A program made the translations under genes and the position numbers. Below, piece after piece: positions 38,211-46,807 of a DNA stretch of 64,000 nt (positions are counted from its first letter, which is position 1; each line of letters starts with the position of its first letter). This stretch comes from an uncultured Actinomycetes bacterium (GTDB taxonomy: Bacteria > Actinomycetota > UBA4738 > HRBIN12): NCBI GenBank assembly GCA_963797635.1, contig CAWCPZ010000011.1, positions 563,248 through 627,247 of the forward strand. Reading direction: 5' to 3'. The notes beneath the pieces were generated by a model, which saw only the letters and a list, made by a program, of their open reading frames with translations, did not search any database and was not told the DNA's origin.

Positions 38211-38992
38211 TCAAGGCAGCCGGTAGACGGCGAACCGCCACTCGAAGGTCTCGGGTGGGATCTCGCTCAGCGGCCCCCAGCGGTCCTCGGCCCAGCGTCG
38301 GACCTCGGCCGCCGCGTCCTCACGCGTCGCTGCGTCCGGCACCGCCCACGTCCATGAGAATCGGTTGCCCTCGATCGCCTGCATGAAGTGCTCGAGGTCG
38401 TCCCGATCCGTGATCGGTGAACCCGATGTCGGGGAGCTTCTGCAGCCCCAGCGAAGCGACCTCGGCGTCGAGCTCGTCCCACCCGTTCCATGCCAGGCCG
38501 GCGGGTTCGGTCGAGATGCCGGTGATCTCGGCGAACCGTGCCTGCATCTCCTGCCGGTAGCCACCGTAGGCGCCGAGTGCCGCGATGAACGTGCTTCCCG
38601 GGGCGAGGATGCGTTCGATCTCTCGCACGGCGGCCCGCCAGTCCGGGATCAGGTGCAGCACCCACCGCAGGTAGGCGCCGGCGAACGCGTCGTCGGCGAA
38701 GGGCAAGCTGGTCGCATCTCCCTCCACCAACGGGAACGGTGGGTGCACCACCGGCCTTGGCGAGGAGTTTCGACAACATGGGCCGGGAGAGGTCGACGCC
38801 CATCACGCGGACGCCCGCATCGTGCAGCGGAAGCGCCACCTGGCCCGTTCCCACGCCGACCTCCAGGATGGGACCTGCGCCGCGGAACACCTCGGCCAGG
38901 GCCTCCGTGGTGAGACGAACGCCCTCCTCCGACAGCCCTCGGGTGGCGTCGTAGTACTCGGCGGCGCGGTCGAACGCGATCGAGTCGCTCAT
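38211..38992 (-). pseudogene. Class I SAM-dependent methyltransferase, two frame breaks (near 38751 and 38416); paralog of 38989..39768
   Basis: Three frames: ORF 38267..38992 (MSDSIAFDRAAEYYDATRG...ILEVGVGTGQVALPL), ORF 38320..38751 (HPPFPLVEGDATSLPFADDAFAGAYLRWVLHLIPDW...) and ORF 38211..38564 (PITDRDDLEHFMQAIEGNRFSWTWAVP...). Confidence 0.7.
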
Positions 38993-39768
38993 GCCGCCCT
39001 CCGGTACACGCGCCAGCGGACGTGCTCCGAGGGGATCGGCCGGTCGAGGTCACCGAAGCGCTCGATGGCCCACGCGCGCACCTCGTCCGTCGCGCGCGCG
39101 AGTTCATCGTCGGGAACCCGCCACGTCCACGACCAGCGCTTCGAGGGAACCTCGTCGAAGACCTCCTGCAGCGTCGTGGTCCGTTCGTACATCACCGGGA
39201 CCTCGTCCTGAAGCGCCCATCCGACGAGCGCGAAGCCTTCGTCGAGCTGCTCGTCTCGGTCGACCGCCGTGAGACCGAGAGCGACGACCGCGTCGCCCAG
39301 GATCTCTCTGTATCGCAGGTAGGTTTCCCGGAAGGGCCCGGAGAAACCGCCCGGCTCGATCGCGACGGTTCCACCGGTCACCACCGTGCGATCGAGCTCG
39401 CGCAAGACCCCCATCCAATCCGGGATCAGGTGCAACACCCACCGCATGTAGGCGCCGCCCAGGGACCCGTCGGCGATCGGCAGCCGGGTGGCGTCCCCTT
39501 GGATCAGCGGCAGCGCGGGACCACCGGGCTTGGCTCGGAGCACCGTCATCATCTCGGCCGAGAGGTCGAGGCCGGTGACATCGACGCCGCGGTCCGCCAA
39601 CGGAAGCGCGATCTGACCCGTGCCGACGCCGAGCTCGATCACCGGCCCGCGACCGGGCATCACCGATGCCAGCAGGTCGACGATCGTGCGCAGCGCGTCC
39701 GGGTCCGTGACGCGGGTCTCGTCGTAGTACGCCGCGGCCCGGTCGAACGAGACCGACGCTCCGCTCAT
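38989..39768 (-). CDS. Class I SAM-dependent methyltransferase (intact paralog)
   Basis: Internal ATG 39768 of ORF 38989..39957. Sequence MSGASVSFDRAAAYYDETR...VIELGVGTGQIALPL...GAYMRWVLHLIPDW...RWSWTWRVP. Overlaps both the upstream and downstream genes by 4 nt. Confidence 0.85.
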   Translation of the reverse strand: MSGASVSFDRAAAYYDETRVTDPDALRTIVDLLASVMPGRGPVIELGVGTGQIALPLADRGVDVTGLDLSAEMMTVLRAKPGGPALPLIQGDATRLPIADGSLGGAYMRWVLHLIPDWMGVLRELDRTVVTGGTVAIEPGGFSGPFRETYLRYREILGDAVVALGLTAVDRDEQLDEGFALVGWALQDEVPVMYERTTTLQEVFDEVPSKRWSWTWRVPDDELARATDEVRAWAIERFGDLDRPIPSEHVRWRVYRRAA

Positions 39769-40739
39769 GCGCCGCGCAGGAGTTCGTGCCGGGGGCGCTC
39801 CGCCTGCTTCGGCCGCTCGGGCCATCGCGTCACGGCGCCTTCCTGGTAGCCGAGCGCGATCATGCGGGTCTGCAGGTAGGGCCCGGCCTCCCACGCGGTG
39901 GAGAGCGGGCCGGGCCGGTAGCCACGAGAGGCGGCCGACCGCTGCAGCGATTCGCACGCGGCCCAGTCCTCACGGTTCGTGATGTCCCAGAAGTCCACGG
40001 CGTACGCCGGGTCGAAGCCGGGCCGGTCCCAGGCTTCGGGCGGGAACAGCCACTCGCACTCGATGAAGCTCCGATCCGGGGCGAGCGCTTCGATCCGATG
40101 GGTCAGCACGTAGTCGGGGTGGGGGCTGATCAACAGGTTCGGGAAGACACCGAAGTAGCCCACCTCGCGCAGTTGGTTGCCCGTGAGTCCGGGGATCGGC
40201 ACGCCGCCGGAGCGACCGTCCAACGACATCGTCTCGACGTCGTCACGCAGGTCCATGGGCCCGGCGACGAACAGGCCGAGCAGGTCGATCGAATACCCGC
40301 TGTCGGGCGGGGTCACCTTGCACAGCGCCGGGTGGATCTCCGAGCAGTGGTAGCACTCCTGGTAGTTCTCGTGGATCAGCTTCCAGTTCGCCGCGATCTC
40401 GTAGCTGTGGCGCGCCCCGACGACCAACCGCTCGGGCGTCCATGGCGCCAGGTGGTCCCAGAGGTTCCCGAACTGGTCCTCGAAGGCGATGCCGTCCGCG
40501 TCGCGTCGAGCGAACACCCAACCGGCGCGTTCGACCTGACCGGCGACCTGCCGGTGCGTGCCGGCGCGGCCCAGGCAGACCCACGAGGGCGCGAAGAAGT
40601 GCTCCTGCTCCCAGGCGAACACCTCCGGTGAGGTGTGCGCCGCCCCCGGCATGGCGAACGAGGTGCCGAACGGCCGCGTACAGCGTTCGACGGCCTCGGG
40701 ATCGAGTGGCGCGGGCGTGCGATCCATGGCAGCCAGCAT
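39765..40739 (-). CDS. Aromatic ring-hydroxylating oxygenase alpha-subunit homologue (catalytic SRPBCC domain) lacking the Rieske [2Fe-2S] domain
   Basis: ORF 39765..40739 (324 aa). The N-terminal FAWEQEHFFAPSWVCLGRA is followed after only about 11 aa by VERAGWVFA. The catalytic-domain blocks NWKLIHENYQECYHCSEIHP and DFWDITNREDW are present. No CxH...CxxH motif occurs anywhere. Confidence 0.75.
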   Translation of the reverse strand: MLAAMDRTPAPLDPEAVERCTRPFGTSFAMPGAAHTSPEVFAWEQEHFFAPSWVCLGRAGTHRQVAGQVERAGWVFARRDADGIAFEDQFGNLWDHLAPWTPERLVVGARHSYEIAANWKLIHENYQECYHCSEIHPALCKVTPPDSGYSIDLLGLFVAGPMDLRDDVETMSLDGRSGGVPIPGLTGNQLREVGYFGVFPNLLISPHPDYVLTHRIEALAPDRSFIECEWLFPPEAWDRPGFDPAYAVDFWDITNREDWAACESLQRSAASRGYRPGPLSTAWEAGPYLQTRMIALGYQEGAVTRWPERPKQAERPRHELLRGA

Positions 40740-40775
40740 CCCTCGCAGAGCCCGGTCGCCGCAACCAGCGAACGG

Positions 40776-41318
40776 TCAGTTCATCGCTGGGTCGTCGGGC
40801 ATCAGGCGCAGCATGTCGAAGTCTCGGCCCTTGCGGCGGAGCACATCGGCCCACAGGCGGCCGGGCTCCGGATGGAACACGTCGTCGGGGATCGCCGGCT
40901 CGACCAACCAGGAGTCCTCGGCGAGTTCGGCCTCCAGCTGCCCCGCGCCCCAGCCCGAGTAGCCGGCGAACACCCGCGCCCGGCGGATCGCCGTGACGAT
41001 GTCCTCGTCGGCCTCCGGCGGCAGGAACCCGATCGAGCCCATCGCCAGGATCTCGGCGCGGCTCGGATCCACGAAGTCGGCCACCACGACCACGGAATCC
41101 GGCTGCACCGGCCCGCCCACGTGCAAGGGCTCGTCCTCGGTGACGAGGCCACCGAGCGGCGGCACGGCCTCGCGCACGGTGACCTCCAACGTCCGGTTGA
41201 GCACCACGCCGACCGCCCCCTCCTCGTCGTGGTGGCCGATGAGCACCACGGTGCGACGGAAGTTCGGGTCGAACAGCGGTGAGTTCGCGATCAGGAGCAT
41301 GCCGGTGAGCGGGTCCAC
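40776..41318 (-). CDS. YqgE/AlgH family protein (UPF0301)
   Basis: Internal GTG 41318 of ORF 40776..41432 (ATG 41300 is an alternative). Sequence LLIANSPLFDPNFRRTVVLIGHHDEEGAVGVVLNR...VFAGYSGWGAGQLEAE. Confidence 0.8.
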   Translation of the reverse strand: MDPLTGMLLIANSPLFDPNFRRTVVLIGHHDEEGAVGVVLNRTLEVTVREAVPPLGGLVTEDEPLHVGGPVQPDSVVVVADFVDPSRAEILAMGSIGFLPPEADEDIVTAIRRARVFAGYSGWGAGQLEAELAEDSWLVEPAIPDDVFHPEPGRLWADVLRRKGRDFDMLRLMPDDPAMN

Positions 41319-41325
41319 CCGGGCA

Positions 41326-42198
41326 TCATCTCGCGTCGAGCAGCCATGTAGCGGTCTCGACGTGTTCGGGCATCGCCCCGTGGGCATCGAACCCCCACGA
41401 CAGCGTGTGGGCCATGGTCCATCGGCGCACACGTTCGCGATCGAGATCGAGCTCCGCGCTCACGCGGTCGAGCCGCCGGATCACCGCGGGCCGGCTGTGG
41501 CCGAGTTCCCCGCCCCGCACGATGGCGGCGACGCCGAACTCGCGCTCGCCAGCGAGCGGCTTCGGATCGATCACCAGCCACGGCTCACGCGTGGCGCTCA
41601 GGATGTTGTCCGCGTGCAGATCCTGGTTCACGAGCACCTGCTCGCCCTGCGTGGCGGCGAGCTCCGTGAACGCCTCCGCGGCGGCTTCGACCAGCCGCGC
41701 ATCGACCGTCCGGCCGGTTCGCTCCCAGTCGGCCAGCATCTCGGTTCGAAGGTCCGCGGCTTCGTCCGCGAGCGAGCGGAACGGCTCGCCCGCCGGGATC
41801 CAGAGTCGAGGCAGGAGGCCGATCACCACGCCGAGCGCCGCTTCGGGATCGCGGGTGCCGAGCTCGGTGAGGTGCGATCCCGGCCTCGCCCGTTCCAACA
41901 GGAACGCGCAGCGTGCCGGATCGTCATCCAACAGGCGAACCGCGCCCTCGCCGTTCCAGGCCTGCAACGCCGTGGCCTCTTGCTCCGCTTCCCGGTGGGG
42001 CAGCTCGACCTTCAGGACGGCGTCGGTGCCGTCCGGGAGGGTCGCCGGCATCGCCAGGGACGAGTAGCCGTGACCGAACGCCTCGCCGATGGTGAGCGAC
42101 CACCGCTCGACGCACTCGTCGACGAGCGTCGGCAGGGCAGCGAGCCATGCTGCCCCACCGGGCTCGTCTCGGAGCGGCTCGAGGTCCTCGTAGGTCAC
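41326..42198 (-). CDS. Aminoglycoside phosphotransferase family protein (APH(6)/streptomycin-kinase-like)
   Basis: ORF 41326..42198 (290 aa). Contains AVLKV, the catalytic loop VNQDLHADNIL, and WLVIDPKPLAGEREFG, typical of the APH_6_hur group. Confidence 0.8.
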   Translation of the reverse strand: MTYEDLEPLRDEPGGAAWLAALPTLVDECVERWSLTIGEAFGHGYSSLAMPATLPDGTDAVLKVELPHREAEQEATALQAWNGEGAVRLLDDDPARCAFLLERARPGSHLTELGTRDPEAALGVVIGLLPRLWIPAGEPFRSLADEAADLRTEMLADWERTGRTVDARLVEAAAEAFTELAATQGEQVLVNQDLHADNILSATREPWLVIDPKPLAGEREFGVAAIVRGGELGHSRPAVIRRLDRVSAELDLDRERVRRWTMAHTLSWGFDAHGAMPEHVETATWLLDAR

Positions 42199-42229
42199 GA
42201 CCTCGAGGCTAGCGCGGGTGTCGTCGCGC

Positions 42230-43399
42230 TCACCCCTTCGCGGGGATCTCCTTCTTCGGGTCGAGGAACGGCAGGGCGGTCACCGTGGCCGTCATCGGGC
42301 CGTCGGGCGACGTGATCTCGATCCGCGTGCCCTCCGTGGCTGCGGCGATCGGCACCCACGCGAAGCCCATGTTGAAGTCCAGTCGCGGCGAGTAGGAGGC
42401 GCTGACCAGGCGCCCGACCTGCTTCCCGGTCTCTTGGCCCCCTTCGACCACGGGCCAGAAGTCCTCCAGCCACATCCCGAGCGGCTCGCCGTCGATCTTC
42501 ACGCCGACCAGCTTCTGCTGCACGCCGTCAGCCTTGATCTGCTCCAAGGCCTTCCGGGAGACGAACTCGTTGTCGTTGTCGAGCTCGGCGAGCCGCTCCA
42601 ACCCGGTGATCTCGAACGGGTTGTTCGTGACGTCCATGTCGTTGCCGTAGTTGAAGATGCCGGCTTCCATGCGACGCTGATCGCTCGGCGCGATCGCGCG
42701 CAGCTCGAACTCCTCACCGGCGTCCATGATCGCGTCCCACAGCTCGTTCGCGGCCGAGGCGTCTCGCAGGTACACCTCGTAGCCCAGCTCGGCGCTCCAG
42801 CCGGTACGCGACACCACGACCGGGATGCCGTTCAGCTCGGTCTGCTTGTGCCAGTAGTACTTCTGGTCGGCCACCGCGTCGCCGAAGAGCTTGCGGATCA
42901 ACGGCTTGGAGCGCGGACCCTGGATCTGCAACGGCGAGACGTCGGGCTCGCGGATCTCGACGTCCATGTTCGCGAACGCCTGCACCCCGAGGGCGTACAG
43001 GAGCGCGTCCGAATCCGCGAGCGAGAGCCAGAAGTGGTCCTCGGCGAGCTTCAGCAGGATCGGATCGTTGATGATGCCGCCGTCGGGCGCGCAGATCAGC
43101 ACGTACTTGCACTGCTCCGGCTGGGTCTGCGACAGGTCACGCGGCGTCAGCAGCTGCGTGAACCGCGCGGCGTCGGGGCCGGTGATCTCCACCTGGCGCT
43201 CCACCGCCACGTCCCACAGCGTGACCTTGTCGACGAGGTGCCAGTACTCCTTGATGTCGTCGTCGTAGAACGTGGGGATCAGCATGTGGTTGTACAGGTC
43301 CCAGCTGGTGGCGCCGGCCTCCACCGTCTTGTCGAAGTACGGAGACTTCTTGTACCAACTGGCGAAGTAGAACGGGAACGATCGGTTCTGCTCAGGCAT
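42230..43399 (-). CDS. Aminomethyltransferase (GcvT/DmdA/LigM) family protein, folate-dependent
   Basis: ORF 42230..43399 (389 aa). Contains LWDVAVERQVEITGPDAARF, LQIQGP and SRTGWSAELGYEVY, as in the glycine-cleavage T-protein fold. Confidence 0.85.
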   Translation of the reverse strand: MPEQNRSFPFYFASWYKKSPYFDKTVEAGATSWDLYNHMLIPTFYDDDIKEYWHLVDKVTLWDVAVERQVEITGPDAARFTQLLTPRDLSQTQPEQCKYVLICAPDGGIINDPILLKLAEDHFWLSLADSDALLYALGVQAFANMDVEIREPDVSPLQIQGPRSKPLIRKLFGDAVADQKYYWHKQTELNGIPVVVSRTGWSAELGYEVYLRDASAANELWDAIMDAGEEFELRAIAPSDQRRMEAGIFNYGNDMDVTNNPFEITGLERLAELDNDNEFVSRKALEQIKADGVQQKLVGVKIDGEPLGMWLEDFWPVVEGGQETGKQVGRLVSASYSPRLDFNMGFAWVPIAAATEGTRIEITSPDGPMTATVTALPFLDPKKEIPAKG

Positions 43400-43405
43400 G
43401 GTGCG

Positions 43406-45068
43406 TCATCCCTTCCGTGGACGTGAACGAGTGAGGCGCCCGCCCTTGCGGTCCGCCTTGATCTGTTTGAACGCGTTGTAGCCGGGGATCCCGCACACTC
43501 CCCCGCCGCCGTGGGTGGCGCTGGAGGCCTGGTACAACCCGCGGATCGGCGATCGGTAGTCGGCGTAGCCGGGCGCCGGGCGCATGTGGAACAGCTGCTC
43601 GGCGGACTAGCTCCCCGTGGAAGATGTTGCCGCCGATCAGCCCCCATTCGTGCTCCATCTCCCACGGCCCGATCACCTGGCGATGCAGCACGCTGTCGGC
43701 GAACCCGGGCGCCATCTCGTCGTAGCCCGCGATCACGCGGTCGGCGTAGGCGTCGAGTTCCTCGGTGTGAGGCTTCTCGCTCCACTCGTGCGGCACCCAC
43801 TGCGTGAACAGCGACACGACGTGCTTGCCCTCGGGCGCCAGCGTGCGGTCGTACACCGTCGGCATCACGCCGTCGCTGAACGGCGCGGTCGAGGGCAGGC
43901 CGGCGCGCGCTTCCTCGAACGCCTTCTCCAGGTAGGCGATCGAGTGCGCGAGCTCGAACCCGCCGGTGAGGTCCTGCAGGTCGGGCTTGGCGGTGAACAC
44001 CGGCGCGCGGTCGAGCGCACAGTTGATCTTCACGACGCCGCTGCGCGTCTTCCAGTTGTCGATGTCGTCGACGAACGCCGCGGGCAGCTCGCTCCGGTCG
44101 ATCTGCTCCAGGAACGTGATCTTCGGATGGATGGCGGTGACCACCACCGGCGCGCGGAGCTCCTCGCCGCCCTCCAGGACCACGCCGGTCACGCGGCCAC
44201 CCTCGGTGAGGACCTTCGCGACGCGGGCGTCCGTGCGGATCTCGGCGCCGAAGCTGCGGGCGCTGGCCGCGATCGCGTCGCTCACGGCGCCCATGCCGCC
44301 TTCCGGCACGGCCCACGCACCGAGGTGGCCGTCGCCGACGTCACCGATCGAATGGTGCGCCATCACGTAGCCGGTGCCCGGTTCGTACGGGCCGGCCCAG
44401 GTGCCGATCAGGCCGTTGAGCGCCATCACGGTCTTCACCTGGTCGGTCTCGAAGAATCGGTCGAGGATGTCGACGATGCTCATCGTCATCAGGCGGGTGA
44501 CGTCCCCGATCGTCTTCACGTCGAGCCCGCGGAACCGCCACGCCAGCCGCAGCTGCTCGTAGAGGTCCGCGGGCTTCTTCGACCCCACGGTGGGCGGGAT
44601 CGACATCAACATGGGGCCGAGCACGTCGGCGAGGCCGCCGATCCAGGCGTCCCAGCGCTCGATCGCGTCGGCGTCGTGCTTGGAGAACTGCGCGAACGAC
44701 TCGTAGTTCTTCTTCGCATCGTCGTCGTACTGGACGATGCAGCGCCCGTCGGGGAAGGGCAGGAAGTACGGGCCGACCGGGTAGGCCTTGTACCCGTGGT
44801 CGGCGAGCTTGAGGTCCCGCTGGATCGTGTCGGGCATCAGGCTCATGACGTAGCTGAGCGTGGTGACCTTGAACTCGGGAGCCTCGGGCCAGGGGGCCAT
44901 GGTGTCGGCGGCGCCGCCCACTTTGTGCCGTGCTTCCAAGACGACGGTCTTCGCGCCCGACCTGGCGAGGTAGGCGCCGGCGACGAGGCCGTTGTGGCCG
45001 CCGCCGATCACGATCGCGTGGTACGTGTTGGTGCCGGTGGAGCTGGTGGAGCTGGTGGTGCCGGACAT
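43406..45068 (-). pseudogene. Phytoene desaturase-family NAD(P)/FAD-dependent oxidoreductase, frame break near 43606-43612
   Basis: ORF 43392..45068 carries HAIVIGGGHNGLVAGAYLARSGAKTVVLEAR (dinucleotide fold). After GNIFHGEL the conserved tail SAEQLFHMRPAPGYADYRSPIRGLYQASSATHGGGGVCGIPGYNA appears only when one nt (ctAgtcc) is skipped. The stop is then at 43406. Confidence 0.8.
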
Positions 45069-45124
45069 GACGGTGTTCCTCCGGTCTGGGCCCCGGGTGG
45101 GACCCGCCCGAATCGGGACGCTAG

Positions 45125-45164
45125 TCCTGAACGGCCGTTCAAAGCAAGTCAGGAAACCTGAACG
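45125..45164. promoter_or_regulatory. Cluster of palindromes and direct repeats upstream of the oxidoreductase/aminomethyltransferase operon
   Basis: TGAACGGCCGTTCA (45128-45141, a perfect 14-bp palindrome with a GAAC-N4-GTTC core), TCAGGAAACCTGA (45149-45161), and the direct repeat CCTGAACG at 45126 and 45157 (31 nt apart). All lie 60-95 nt upstream of ATG 45068 (minus strand). Confidence 0.3.
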
Positions 45165-45373
45165 TGATTCAGCCGGCTTGGCGGCCGCCCAGACCCAGAT
45201 ACCTTCCTATGCAAGGTCCCTGCGCCCCTTGCGGTCGGCACATCACCCGGCCTCCGGGTCAACGACCACGGGTTCCCCCGGCGGAACGTCAACACCTTCC
45301 GGGTTCCGTCCTGCGTGGGAACCCGTACGCCGTTGACGATCGCCGGGGCGAGGGAGCGAGACCCCTCCGAGCC

Positions 45374-46622
45374 TCAGCTCGCCGGCGGATACATCATCGC
45401 GTCGGCGATCTCGGCCTCGGCGTCGAGATCGGGGGCGCTCCCCTCGTCCGGCTCGTGCCGCAACCGAAGCAGCGGCACCAGGATCAGCGCCGCCAGCGCC
45501 GCGCCGGCCCCACCGAGCAGATACACGCTCTGCGGTGCCATCACGGTCAGCACCGGACCCGCGGCCACGTACGCCACCGCGAGCCCGAACGACAGCACCG
45601 CCTCGAACGCCGCCATGGCGCGGCTCCGCACCGCGTCGGGCGTTCGGCGCTGGAGCATCCCGTTCTCCGACACGATCGTCAGGCCGTCGCAGACCCCCAT
45701 CGCCAGCAGCGCCCCCAGCACGAACGGGAACACCGGCGCGAACCCCACGCCGAACGCCGCCAACGCGATCCCGAACGCGCCGAAGACCATCCACACCGGC
45801 TCGGTGCGCGCGGTCATCCATCGGCCCACCCCGGCCCCGACGGTCGAACCCAGTCCCCAGCAAGCGATCAGCAGTCCGTAGCCCATGGGCCCCCAGCCGA
45901 ACGACTTCGGCAAGCGGTGCGTCGGCCACCATGCCCATCCCCATGCCGACCACGAACACGAACCACGCGATCGACAGCCGTCGCAGCACCGGTTCACGCC
46001 ACAGGTAGACGATGCCCGCGGTGATGCCGGCGTGCTCTTCGTGCTCGGCGCCTCGCTCCTCCTGGAAGCGACCGCGCACCGAGATCGTCAGCAGCAGCGA
46101 GATGACGAACGAGACCGCGTTCACCCCGAACACCCATGAAACGTCCGTGAGGGCCAGCAGCAGCCCACCGATCACCGGGCCGATCGCGATGCCTGCATGC
46201 ACGCCCAGCGTGACCAGGCTGTTCGCCCACGAGATGTCCTCCGGGTCGTCCACCAGGTTCGGGATCGCCGCCCGTGAGGCCGACAGGAACGGCAGCTCAG
46301 CGATCGCCGAGGCGAACGCCAGCAGGATCAGCGCGAGCGGCGAGTGCACGAACACCATCGCGGTGAAGAACACGCACGAGATCGCCTCGGACCAGATCAG
46401 CACCATGCGGCGATCCAGCCGGTCGCCCAGGGCACCGGCGAACGGCCCGATCAGCCCTGCGACCCCGAACGTCAACAGCAGCGACAACGCCTGCATGAAC
46501 GGCGAGTGCGTGCGGTCCCAGACCGTGAAGTTGAGCGCCGTGAACGCGGCGGCGCCACCGGTCACGGACAGCAGGCGACCGAGGGCCAGACGTCTGACGT
46601 TGGATCGAGGTGAGCGGCTCAT
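45374..46622 (-). pseudogene. MFS transporter, frame break near 45900-45908
   Basis: ATG 46622 (MSRSPRSNVRRLALGRLLSVTGG...), inside the fused ORF 45243..49559. The C-terminal half (SFGWGPMGYGLLIACWGLGSTVGAG...) is in ORF 45374..45997. Confidence 0.75.
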
Positions 46623-46807
46623 GAAGCGGACTCCTTGCGGGGGTGGTGCCGGCGGGGCTGCCTGGTGACCTAGCGGGCAGTGGGCGCGATGGATCGCGTC
46701 CGCACACTGCCGGCATCGCCGGTCACCAAGAGATTCCGCTTCATGATCGAGCGAGTGTAGCACGGGGCCACCGGCCGTTCCGGGAACGAACGAAGGATCG
46801 GGCGCTG

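Noticed and set aside
45128-45141. Calling TGAACGGCCGTTCA a KstR-type or a bona fide LexA operator
   Set aside because: The KstR motif (TnnAACnnGTTnnA) has a 2-nt central spacer, not 4. The LexA consensus requires CGAAC/GTTCG, whereas here the flanks are T/A. It is reported only as an unassigned palindrome with a GAAC-N4-GTTC core.
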